From the IMG/VR virus record IMGVR_UViG_3300031364_000001, positions 1,007 through 65,006 of that record: 64,000 nucleotides of DNA; one strand, given 5' to 3'. This document shows positions 1 through 8,226 of this stretch, one piece after another (within the stretch, counting starts at the first letter, position 1; each line of letters opens with the position of its first letter). This DNA is from a virus. Taxonomy: Duplodnaviria > Caudoviricetes. The notes beneath the pieces were generated by a model. The model saw nothing but the letters and a program-made list of their open reading frames with translations, was not told the origin of the DNA and did not search any database. The translations under genes and the position numbers were made by a program.

Positions 1-1104
1 TTCATCTATCCCATGTCTATATTCGTTTTTATTAAAACTTTTTAAATTATCTAAATAATCAATTAACACCACATCAACAACAAAACCATTTAAAGCATAA
101 TCATCTAATATTTTACTCATCATTTGAAATGTTAAAGTACCTGATGCAAAACTTCTAACACATATTTCTCCTTTTGTTTTTATCTTTTGTTTATTAAATA
201 CACTTTTTATTTTCCTACTATTTAAACCAAACTTTCTTAAATCATTATATTTAATATCATATTTTCCATTTGGATTTTTATCAAAATACGGTAATTTAAC
301 ATTCACATAATCTTCTGGTTTATATTTAATTTCTTGGCTCATATTCTGATAAAAGTTTCTATTATACGTATCATGGGACATTTCTAAATTAAATACTAAT
401 ACATTTAACTCATAATCAATAGAACATAAAATTGCAGTTTCCCGTACCATAAAACTTTTACCGATTTTTTCTGCTCCTAAAATTGACATAAAATCTTCAC
501 GATAAATATATCCTAATCTATTTCCAAAATCTCCTTTAAATTTAAAAAGTCTATTACTCTCATTTACATTACTTATATTATCACATAGATTATAAGCATA
601 TTTTTCATCTTTAAATAAAAATGTTTCTTGTTTAATTTCTGTTTCTCTATCTAATTTTTCATATGTTAATATTTTATGTTCTGCTTCATCTATTTTATTT
701 TCTTTTTTTAATTCTGATATTTCTTTTTGTAATATATTTAAATTTATTTCTCTTAAATATTTTAAACTTAAATCTAAGACATATTGTTCATTTATATTTT
801 CTTTTTCATATTTATTAGATAGATAAGATAGAAATTCAGATAATAATTCTTGATCTTCTATAGGAAGAGTTTGTTTATTATCGTTATAAATTTCTTGAAT
901 ATGTTGACTCGGAGCTTTATGATATTTTTCAAAATATTCTAAACACCAATTTAAAACTATTCTATAATAATTATCAAAATTAGAATAGATTAATTTTTTA
1001 TGCTCTTTTAATATAGGATAAATTTCTTCTAAAAACTTATCTGATACTATTGCATAAGTTATTAATAATTTTTGTTTGTCGGTATTAATTTTGCGTATTT
1101 CCAT
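1..1104 (-). CDS. DnaB-like replicative helicase (3' end outside window)
   Basis: Manual translation from ATG at 1104 (MEIRKINTDKQKLL...) gives Walker A-like ILGAEKIGKS and Walker B VVLIDYLD; absent from the ORF track because truncated. Confidence 0.8.
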   Translation of the reverse strand, partial: MEIRKINTDKQKLLITYAIVSDKFLEEIYPILKEHKKLIYSNFDNYYRIVLNWCLEYFEKYHKAPSQHIQEIYNDNKQTLPIEDQELLSEFLSYLSNKYEKENINEQYVLDLSLKYLREINLNILQKEISELKKENKIDEAEHKILTYEKLDRETEIKQETFLFKDEKYAYNLCDNISNVNESNRLFKFKGDFGNRLGYIYREDFMSILGAEKIGKSFMVRETAILCSIDYELNVLVFNLEMSHDTYNRNFYQNMSQEIKYKPEDYVNVKLPYFDKNPNGKYDIKYNDLRKFGLNSRKIKSVFNKQKIKTKGEICVRSFASGTLTFQMMSKILDDYALNGFVVDVVLIDYLDNLKSFNKNEYRHGIDE

Positions 1105-1111
1105 AAATTAC

Positions 1112-1294
1112 TTATTTATTCCAATAATCAAATTCTTCTTTATGTCCTGCTTTACTATGATTAAACTCATCAATATGTTTTGATATAAATTCACTAACTT
1201 CTTTTTTAGTAGTTCCTTCACATCTTACATCTAATTCTTTTTCAATAGCCATTAAAAATTTTACTTGTTTATAAGTTGGTTTATCATTATTCAT
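1112..1294 (-). CDS. small hypothetical phage protein
   Basis: ORF with GAGGAG RBS and an upstream AT-rich promoter motif. Confidence 0.6.
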   Translation of the reverse strand: MNNDKPTYKQVKFLMAIEKELDVRCEGTTKKEVSEFISKHIDEFNHSKAGHKEEFDYWNK

Positions 1295-1335
1295 TATTTA
1301 ACTCCTCAATATACTATAATATTTTTTTATTTAAT

Positions 1336-2556
1336 TTATTTATTTTTTTGTAAATATTCATTTAATTTATCTTGCATAATTTCATTACTAATAAAAAAAA
1401 CAGTACCGTCATGTCTATTATAAAACCATTTATTAAATTCTTTCATATAACTATCAAAAAATTTTTCATTCCATTTAAAATCTTCATAATCTGTTTTTTC
1501 ATCTAACCATATTTCAAACTGATTCAAAAATCCATAAATATCTCTAATATAATCATTATAAATAGTATATAAACAACTTGTATCTTGTTCGGAAATTGGG
1601 GTTAATTGATCTCTCGTATAACCATTTATTTTTTTATTTCTAATTTCCATATTAAAACTTGCTAATCTATTAACAAAACTTATAAGCTCGTCTGTTTCAT
1701 CTATTCCTAAAATGTTGGCATAATCCCTAACATATAGAGGATATTTATTTTTTAGTTTGACAAGTAATTTAGGCGGTTTATTATAATAATGTAAAAAATT
1801 AGATGGTATATATTTATTTCTAGGGAAATGCAAAAAATGAGATAATATTTTTGGTATTTTATCTTTATTAGTATCATAATTATTATCAAAACATAATAAA
1901 GATTGAATAAAAGCATCTTTAAATTTTTCTTCTGATTTAAATTCTTTAATATATTTTTCTATATATAAATTAGCATAACGTAAATTAGCTTCTTTCATAG
2001 AATCTTCTTTTTTATTAGATATATTATTTTTATCTAAAATAGAATGAAATATATTTATATATTTAATAGATATATTATTTTCTTTTATTTCTTTTTTAAA
2101 TTGATTTTTAAAATAATTTGACTCTGTCATATTATTATTTTTATCTTTATTTATTATCTTATATTTATTATCTTTATAATCACTATTTAAATTTCCGTCA
2201 TCGATCGGCGAATTTTCAGTTATCGAGTAAGTAATTTTACTTTGTCGTGAAGTTAGAAATTTAGAAGAAAAAGTATAATAATTAGTCCTATCCCATTTAT
2301 TTTTATCAAATTGTTTAGCAATAATTACATCTTTTTTTAATAAGTTATTTATAGCATATTTTATTTTTGACTCTGTTAAATAAGGAAAATATTTTAATAA
2401 TTCTTCTGCTGTAAATTTTGTCCAATATTTATTTTCATATTTATTTTGTTCTTTAGCTTTATTTTTTTGCAACCAAAAATCAATAGTATTAATTATTATT
2501 GCTTCCTCTATTCCATAAATAGTTGCAAATTCAACGTCAAAATGATGTTCACTCAT
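1336..2556 (-). CDS. putative replication initiator / replisome organizer (N-terminal winged helix)
   Basis: N-terminus HHFDVEFATIYGIEEAIII..FW..KN...KYW...FPY resembles phage replication proteins; upstream of the helicase. Confidence 0.65.
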   Translation of the reverse strand: MSEHHFDVEFATIYGIEEAIIINTIDFWLQKNKAKEQNKYENKYWTKFTAEELLKYFPYLTESKIKYAINNLLKKDVIIAKQFDKNKWDRTNYYTFSSKFLTSRQSKITYSITENSPIDDGNLNSDYKDNKYKIINKDKNNNMTESNYFKNQFKKEIKENNISIKYINIFHSILDKNNISNKKEDSMKEANLRYANLYIEKYIKEFKSEEKFKDAFIQSLLCFDNNYDTNKDKIPKILSHFLHFPRNKYIPSNFLHYYNKPPKLLVKLKNKYPLYVRDYANILGIDETDELISFVNRLASFNMEIRNKKINGYTRDQLTPISEQDTSCLYTIYNDYIRDIYGFLNQFEIWLDEKTDYEDFKWNEKFFDSYMKEFNKWFYNRHDGTVFFISNEIMQDKLNEYLQKNK

Positions 2557-2565
2557 ATTTATTCC

Positions 2566-3039
2566 TTATTTAAAAATTTTATTATGTTTTTTAATAGAAT
2601 CTTTATACCATTTTTTAATTTCAAAATCTTTATCTTTTTTTTCTGTTATTGTTTTTTCAAATTTATCTTCTGGAATATCTGCTATTTTTTGAAACATACT
2701 ACTTTCATTATGAGTTAAACCAATGTCTGAAAGTTTTTTAGAGGCTAACGAAGCATTAGTCTCTAAATTTTGATAACGATTCATTCCTTCATGTTTACCC
2801 GCTATCTCTCCATTTTGTTGACCTAATTTAATAAGTTGTCCTATTGTGCGTTGAGTTCTTATTTTTTGCTCAGCTACCATGTTTTGAAGTTCCGCATCTT
2901 TCTTTTCAGCTTTTACCCAAGTTTCAAGTGTTTTAACTTTATTCAGATAATTAATTCCAGTTTCTACACTTTTGATTTCTTCTAATTGCTTTTTTGCATT
3001 ATCCCGTAAAACTAAACATTGTTCTTGTTCATTATTCAT
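2566..3039 (-). CDS. putative DNA-binding protein (domain often found N-terminal to phage methylases)
   Basis: KIRTQRTIGQLI...KKLSDIGLTHNESSMFQKIADIPE pattern; GGAGG RBS. Confidence 0.5.
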   Translation of the reverse strand: MNNEQEQCLVLRDNAKKQLEEIKSVETGINYLNKVKTLETWVKAEKKDAELQNMVAEQKIRTQRTIGQLIKLGQQNGEIAGKHEGMNRYQNLETNASLASKKLSDIGLTHNESSMFQKIADIPEDKFEKTITEKKDKDFEIKKWYKDSIKKHNKIFK

Positions 3040-3059
3040 TTTCTTAACCTCCGTAAAAT

Positions 3060-3185
3060 AAAAAGGACTATATTCCTATCAGTGACAATTTCACTTATAA
3101 CCCAACACAAACAATTATAAGTTACTTCTGACAGGAACATAGTCCCTAATATTTATGTGTTGTGATGTAAGGCTGTCAAACCTTT
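3060..3185 (-). promoter_or_regulatory. structured leader / attenuator, C4-antisense-target-like
   Basis: Long hairpin GGGACTATGTTCCTGTCAG / CTGATAGGAATATAGTCCT followed by a T run; upstream TGACA and CAACACA boxes are complementary to TGTCA and TGTGTTG inside the hairpin. Confidence 0.55.
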
Positions 3186-3192
3186 TAAAGTA

Positions 3193-3561
3193 TTATAACT
3201 TATCCTTATATAAAAGTAAACTATAATTTTTTAAAAGTTTTCTACATTCTGGACATCTATCAGATAAATCTTTAATATTATATTCTATATCTATTTTAGC
3301 ATTCAAATGTTCTTTTGGTAAATAACTAAGATCAGGCTGCTGATACGGAGATTGATGTTTATAACCACACTTTAACATTTCAATTACAAGTTCATCATGG
3401 CTTTTTTTCATATTTTGCGGCTCAATTTGAACTATGGGATTTAACCGTCCATCTATATTATGATGTTTGAGAAAAATATGTCTATGTTTATGAATTTCAG
3501 AATGACTTCTTAATAAATGTTTTCTACAAAGAAAGATTGGTGAAACTCCCCACATCCTCAT
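3193..3561 (-). CDS. pyrimidine dimer DNA glycosylase / endonuclease V-like protein
   Basis: MRMW.VSP..LCRKHLL..H.EIH...HDELVIEM...GY.HQSP...DL..RCPEC; start re-called at 3561, overlapping the HNH stop. Confidence 0.75.
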   Translation of the reverse strand: MRMWGVSPIFLCRKHLLRSHSEIHKHRHIFLKHHNIDGRLNPIVQIEPQNMKKSHDELVIEMLKCGYKHQSPYQQPDLSYLPKEHLNAKIDIEYNIKDLSDRCPECRKLLKNYSLLLYKDKL

Positions 3562-4043
3562 ATATGTTTCCATGATTGTCTTTTTAATATTTGTCTTATT
3601 TTTGTTTGACAAACATTATATTTTTTTGCTAATTTTCTTGTTGACCATATTTTTGGATTATAATTATCTCTTATCCATAAAACATCTTCTTTTTTCAGTT
3701 TAGATGATGGATTATCTTCTCCATATAAATGACCAGTAACCGTTCTGTTTTTTTTACCTCTATCTAAAATATTTTGTTTTTGTGTTCCTAACCATAAATG
3801 ATGTGGGTTTACACAAGAAGGATTATCACAACTATGACAGCAGATTAAATTTTTATCAATATGACCATTTTCAAAATAATAAGATGCTCTATGTGCTTTA
3901 TATAATACGCTTTTTATACTATAAATTCCGTAACCATATACATCTTTTGTACCAATCCATTCCCAACAATCATTTTTTTCTTTTTTATTAACATATTTCC
4001 AAAATCTTTTTATTTGTTGCTCTGTTGGTTTATCTTTAAACAT
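3558..4043 (-). CDS. HNH homing endonuclease
   Basis: RFWKYV..CWEW...GYG...AHR...CHSCDNPSCVNPHHL..GT..QN plus a C-terminal HTH; AAGGAG RBS before the ATG at 4043. Confidence 0.9.
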   Translation of the reverse strand: MFKDKPTEQQIKRFWKYVNKKEKNDCWEWIGTKDVYGYGIYSIKSVLYKAHRASYYFENGHIDKNLICCHSCDNPSCVNPHHLWLGTQKQNILDRGKKNRTVTGHLYGEDNPSSKLKKEDVLWIRDNYNPKIWSTRKLAKKYNVCQTKIRQILKRQSWKHI

Positions 4044-4081
4044 TTTTAAATTCTCCTTATTAACATGAATGTTCATAAACA

Positions 4082-4180
4082 TTATAATAAATAATGCTTT
4101 TTGTCAATAATTATTTCTCCATGTTCTCCTACTATATGTTTTATACACATAAATTTTGGGGATATCATCCACATTCGCAT
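4082..4180 (-). pseudogene. orphaned 5' stub of the pyrimidine dimer glycosylase gene
   Basis: Translates MRMWMISPKFMCIKHIVGEHGEIIIDKKHYLL*; first 23 aa align with the 3561 ORF start; AAGGAG RBS. Confidence 0.8.
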
Positions 4181-4199
4181 ATTATACTCCTTTTGAAAT

Positions 4200-4234
4200 A
4201 AAAAAAGCGGATATACATAAATGTAATCCGCTTT
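4200..4234 (-). terminator. intrinsic terminator
   Basis: AAAGCGGAT...ATCCGCTTTTTTT hairpin plus U tract. Confidence 0.65.
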
Positions 4235-4456
4235 GAATACCTTATGTAAGGTATTATTATTTTCCCTCTCAGATATATTATATTATAATACTTTTTACTT
4301 AAATAATATAATAAAATTTTAAATTAATTTTACCATTTCTGAATAAAAAACTTTATCAGAAATAAATATTTTTTTCCTTGATATATATAAAATAAATTAT
4401 CTGTTCCTCTTTGTATATTTCTACCTTGTTTTACAAGATTTAACAATACATGTACA

Positions 4457-4508
4457 GCATAGATATTGTGCTTCTATGCGTCTACTTATTCTGCCACATA
4501 GCAACTAT
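4457..4508 (-). ncRNA. partial tRNA-scaffold element (copy 3, 5' half only)
   Basis: ATAGTTGCTATG-TGGCAGAATAAGTAGACGC followed by hairpin GCATAGA/TCTATGC; no T-arm found downstream. Confidence 0.5.
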
Positions 4509-4515
4509 TTTAAAA

Positions 4516-4725
4516 TTATTTTTTCATATCAATAGGAAAAAATGAAAAGATGTATTCTACATCTTCATCCCAATCGTTTACAATATGTGGTAATATTGCT
4601 TCTTGAATTTTAGTCCGGTCTTTTAATTCTGCTATTCCAATGTCTTTAAAATGATGTATACTGCCATTATAGAGTATCGTTTCTAATTCAGTATTTATTG
4701 TTATTCTTACTTTTGTTTTTTCCAT
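4516..4725 (-). CDS. hypothetical early protein
   Basis: ORF with GGAGG RBS. Confidence 0.6.
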   Translation of the reverse strand: MEKTKVRITINTELETILYNGSIHHFKDIGIAELKDRTKIQEAILPHIVNDWDEDVEYIFSFFPIDMKK

Positions 4726-4847
4726 AATTTTCCTCCTATGGTATTATTTATTTCATTTGCTAAATTTTTTATATTATTATTATATCTAGCAAATAACTTT
4801 TTTCTATCTTGCTCTAGAGCAAAAATATCAACATAAATATTTTCCAT
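4707..4847 (-). CDS. small hypothetical early protein
   Basis: Start re-called at the shared GAGGTCAGCG-ATG leader. Confidence 0.55.
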   Translation of the reverse strand: MENIYVDIFALEQDRKKLFARYNNNIKNLANEINNTIGGKLWKKQK

Positions 4848-4924
4848 CGCTGACCTCTTTAAAATTAAATCTTCAATTATGCCCTGCATATAGCAAGGCA
4901 TCTTTAAAGACTCATCAGAGTGAG

Positions 4925-5152
4925 TTATTTAATCAAAGATTTTAAAAAAGTTAATGTTAATATTTTCTTATTATAATAAGATGGAAAATATTCTTTCCAT
5001 AAATTGTCAGTTTCATTTAATGAAATATAAATAGTTTTTGCATCATTAAAATTATAAGAAATTGTAATATGTAAAATTTTTGATCCATCATTATCAATAT
5101 CTTCTTTAACTTTTAAATCTTTAATCATTTGTTCTTTATTGTATTTTGTCAT
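4925..5152 (-). CDS. hypothetical early protein
   Basis: Start re-called at GGAGGTCAGCA-ATG (MTKYNKEQ). Confidence 0.6.
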   Translation of the reverse strand: MTKYNKEQMIKDLKVKEDIDNDGSKILHITISYNFNDAKTIYISLNETDNLWKEYFPSYYNKKILTLTFLKSLIK

Positions 5153-5172
5153 TGCTGACCTCCTTAAAATTT

Positions 5173-5229
5173 TCTTGCTCTGCATTTTTCATAACGGCTT
5201 GTAACGTTCATCGGCTGCATTACAATAGA
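5173..5229 (-). ncRNA. twister ribozyme-like RNA
   Basis: UAA-UGC-AGC...AACG-UUACAAGC-CGUU...AAAAAU-GCA-GAG reproduces the twister L1/P2/L2/P4/L4 core order; P1 is weak and T1 has one mismatch. Confidence 0.7.
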
Positions 5230-5301
5230 CTAACCGTACTCCGTAGAGGCGTGCTAGTCAGTAAATAGTTATGTCAAAGATCATCTTAACTTTCTATATT
5301 A

Positions 5302-5376
5302 ATTATAATACATTTTACATTAAAAGTCAAGTATTTTTAATAATTATTTTTAATATTTTACATTTAATTTACAATT
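5302..5376 (-). promoter_or_regulatory. strong sigma70-type early promoter (leftward) with AT-rich UP region
   Basis: TTGACT-17-TATAAT; 55 bp shared with 8131-8185. Confidence 0.75.
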
Positions 5377-5425
5377 TAATTAAAATAATAATATAAAATT
5401 AAATAAAAAAATATTATAATATAGT

Positions 5426-6967
5426 ATGAAATTATATGAATTCGCCTTTGATAAAAAAACTAATCAAGAAAAAATAATAATTAACTTTCCTAATAAAAAA
5501 GAATTTCCTTTTTTAAAATCCTTACAAGGTAGTTTATATTATTATAATACCAATACTTTTATAATGAAAAATTCTGCAGAAAACAAGAATCAACTTATTA
5601 AATATGGGTATGTAAAATATCAAAAATCTTTATTACATTCTATTTCTTCTATTATAACAAAAAATAATTACTTATTAATTCATTGTAATAATATAATGAA
5701 GTATTCTCTTATGAAAAAATATACATATACAGATATTTCTAATTGTTATCAGTATGGAAGGTTTGATGCTACTAAAATTAAAAAAGTTTATTTTTGGAAA
5801 TTAGAAAATGATTATATTAAAATACCTATTGGATTTAAAAATGAATTTTCTGAATATAATATAGAAGATAAAAGATTAAAAAGAAAATTTAAATTTACTG
5901 ATGAAGAAATTAAAAATTGTTTAGGTTATTTAGAATTAAGAGATATACAAATAGATGCGATTAAAAGCTGTTTTGAAAATACTAATGGTATTATTGATCT
6001 AGTTGGTGGACTTGGAAAAACAGAAATAGCGTTGGCTTTAATTAAACTTATGAAAGTAAAAACTTTATTTATTACAGAAAGTATCGATCTTGCAAAACAA
6101 ACTATGAAACGTGGTATAAATGCTAATTTAGATTTTGGTATTGTACAAGGTAATAATATAGAAGAAAAAAATATTACAGTTTGCACTATTCAAAGTTCTC
6201 ATAAATTACAAAATGATTATGAAATGGTAATAGTTGACGAAGTCCATAATTGCAGTCAATCATATATTCCTATATTAGAAAATGAAAATATTTTATATCG
6301 TTTTGGTTTAAGTGCCACTCCTTTTAATTCTGATAAATTAAAAACTGCTTATATAAAATCTTTTATCGGGGATATAATTTTTAAAGCAGATAATCAAGAA
6401 CTTATAGACAATAAATTTATTGCGGAACCTATTATAAATATTATAGAAATTTCTGAACCTGATTTATCTAAAATTAATGATTGGTATTTAATTGAAAAAT
6501 TAGGTATCATAGAAAATAGAAATAGAAATAATAAGATATTAGAAATATGTAAAAATAATAAAGGAATTTTAATTTTAGTAAAAAAAGTTAATCATGGTAA
6601 AATATTAGAAAAGTTATTAAAAGAAAATAATATTGATTGTATTTATATTCATGGTAAATCTACAAAGCAAGAACGTCAAGAAGTATTAGAAAAATTTGAA
6701 AAAGATAATAATTTTGTTTTGATCGGTAGTAATATTTTAAAAGAAGGTATTTCTATTAATTCTATTTTTAATTTAATTTTGGCCGGTGGTGGACAATCTT
6801 ATTTTGATAGTTTACAAAGTCTTTATAGAGGTACAAGAGTAAAATTAAAAGATCAATTTCAAGTATTTGATTTTATGGATAGTTTTAATAGAATAACGTT
6901 AAGGCATTCAAAACAAAGAATTAAGGATTATTCAGATAAAGGATTTAATAAGATAAATTATATATAA
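5426..6967 (+). CDS. SF2 (UvsW-like) DNA helicase
   Basis: GGLGKT, VIVDEVH, GLSATP, helicase C-terminal motifs. Confidence 0.88.
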   Translation: MKLYEFAFDKKTNQEKIIINFPNKKEFPFLKSLQGSLYYYNTNTFIMKNSAENKNQLIKYGYVKYQKSLLHSISSIITKNNYLLIHCNNIMKYSLMKKYTYTDISNCYQYGRFDATKIKKVYFWKLENDYIKIPIGFKNEFSEYNIEDKRLKRKFKFTDEEIKNCLGYLELRDIQIDAIKSCFENTNGIIDLVGGLGKTEIALALIKLMKVKTLFITESIDLAKQTMKRGINANLDFGIVQGNNIEEKNITVCTIQSSHKLQNDYEMVIVDEVHNCSQSYIPILENENILYRFGLSATPFNSDKLKTAYIKSFIGDIIFKADNQELIDNKFIAEPIINIIEISEPDLSKINDWYLIEKLGIIENRNRNNKILEICKNNKGILILVKKVNHGKILEKLLKENNIDCIYIHGKSTKQERQEVLEKFEKDNNFVLIGSNILKEGISINSIFNLILAGGGQSYFDSLQSLYRGTRVKLKDQFQVFDFMDSFNRITLRHSKQRIKDYSDKGFNKINYI

Positions 6968-6997
6968 AAAAATATTATAATATATAAGGAGTTAAGA

Positions 6998-7219
6998 ATG
7001 TTACAAACTGATAAAAAATATACTAATTTTTTAATAAATAAAAAAAATTTTTATATAGAAGAAAGTTTAAAAAACTATTGCCAAAAAAATAGAATATCAA
7101 AAAGAAATTTTAAAAAATATGGAAAACATGAAATTTTTCAAGGTACAAATATTGAAAATTTTTATTATAAAAATGATTTAATTCTTCAAATAAATAATAA
7201 AGATTTTTATTGTGTTTAA
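6998..7219 (+). CDS. hypothetical protein
   Basis: ORF with AAGGAG RBS and promoter motif. Confidence 0.6.
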   Translation: MLQTDKKYTNFLINKKNFYIEESLKNYCQKNRISKRNFKKYGKHEIFQGTNIENFYYKNDLILQINNKDFYCV

Positions 7220-8084
7220 CACTACCCAATTCTTAAAAGATTTTAATATTCCTTTTGATCCAAATTCTAAAAATGCGAGTAAAGGGTTTATAAATATTAA
7301 GTGTGTTTTTTGTGAGGATCATTCCGACCATTTAGGAATTTCAACTACTTTACCTGCAGTAAAATGTTGGAAGTGTGGAAAACATTCTTTATATGATACT
7401 ATACAAAAACTTTTACCTTTTGAAAATCCTAAACAAATATTAAAAGAATATGATACTAATTTTATAATTCACGATAAAATAGAAAAAAAATTAAACTATA
7501 ACAATACTGAAATTAAATTACCTGGAAGCAAATTAGAAAAATGTCATAAATTATATTTACAAAAAAGGGAATTCAATTCTGATTATATAGAAGAAAAATA
7601 TAAATTACAAGGCACTCTATATGATTCTAAATTCCCTTATAGTATTATTATTCCTATATATTTTAATAATAAATTAGTTACTTATCAGACAAGAGGTATT
7701 GCAAAAGATACAAAATATATTAATTGCTTACCTGAAAATGAAATAATTCCTATTAAGAATACTCTTTATAATATAGATAACTGCAAAGAAGATTATATAA
7801 TTGTTACTGAGGGAGTTTTTAAGGTTATGAAATTAGGAGATAATAGTTGTGCTACTTTTGGTAAGAATTTTACTAATATGCAAATTAAATTATTATCTAA
7901 ATATCAAAAAATATTTATTTATTTTGATCCTGATGAAGCAGGTAAAGATGGGGCAGAAAAGTTACATAGTATATTAGATAGTATAGGAAAAGAAGTTTAT
8001 ATAATAGATAATGATATCCCGCCTGATAATTTAAATTCAAATCAAGTAAAAGAGGTATGGCAAAATATTTATAAATTTGTTTAA
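7212..8084 (+). CDS. DNA primase (Zn finger + TOPRIM)
   Basis: CVFC..H...CWKC Zn finger; VTEG and FDPDEAG TOPRIM motifs. Confidence 0.88.
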   Translation: MFNTTQFLKDFNIPFDPNSKNASKGFINIKCVFCEDHSDHLGISTTLPAVKCWKCGKHSLYDTIQKLLPFENPKQILKEYDTNFIIHDKIEKKLNYNNTEIKLPGSKLEKCHKLYLQKREFNSDYIEEKYKLQGTLYDSKFPYSIIIPIYFNNKLVTYQTRGIAKDTKYINCLPENEIIPIKNTLYNIDNCKEDYIIVTEGVFKVMKLGDNSCATFGKNFTNMQIKLLSKYQKIFIYFDPDEAGKDGAEKLHSILDSIGKEVYIIDNDIPPDNLNSNQVKEVWQNIYKFV

Positions 8085-8130
8085 TTTTAGCTTATTTTAA
8101 CGTTTTTTAGTTATTTTTAGTATTATTTAT

Positions 8131-8204
8131 AATTGTAAATTAAATGTAAAATATTAAAAATAATTATTAAAAAGACTTGACTTTTTAATTAAAAGTACTA
8201 TAAT
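8131..8204 (+). promoter_or_regulatory. strong sigma70-type early promoter (rightward)
   Basis: TTGACT-16-TATAAT; inverted copy of 5322-5376. Confidence 0.75.
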
Positions 8205-8226
8205 TAATAATAGATAGGAGATAAAA

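Noticed and set aside
3558-4110. Group I intron around the HNH gene
   Set aside because: No recognisable P7 or catalytic core; flanks too short; the downstream gene has its own start
5926-6186. Minus-strand ORF inside the helicase, and the out-of-frame ORF 8793-9080
   Set aside because: Overlap stronger genes and have low-complexity translations
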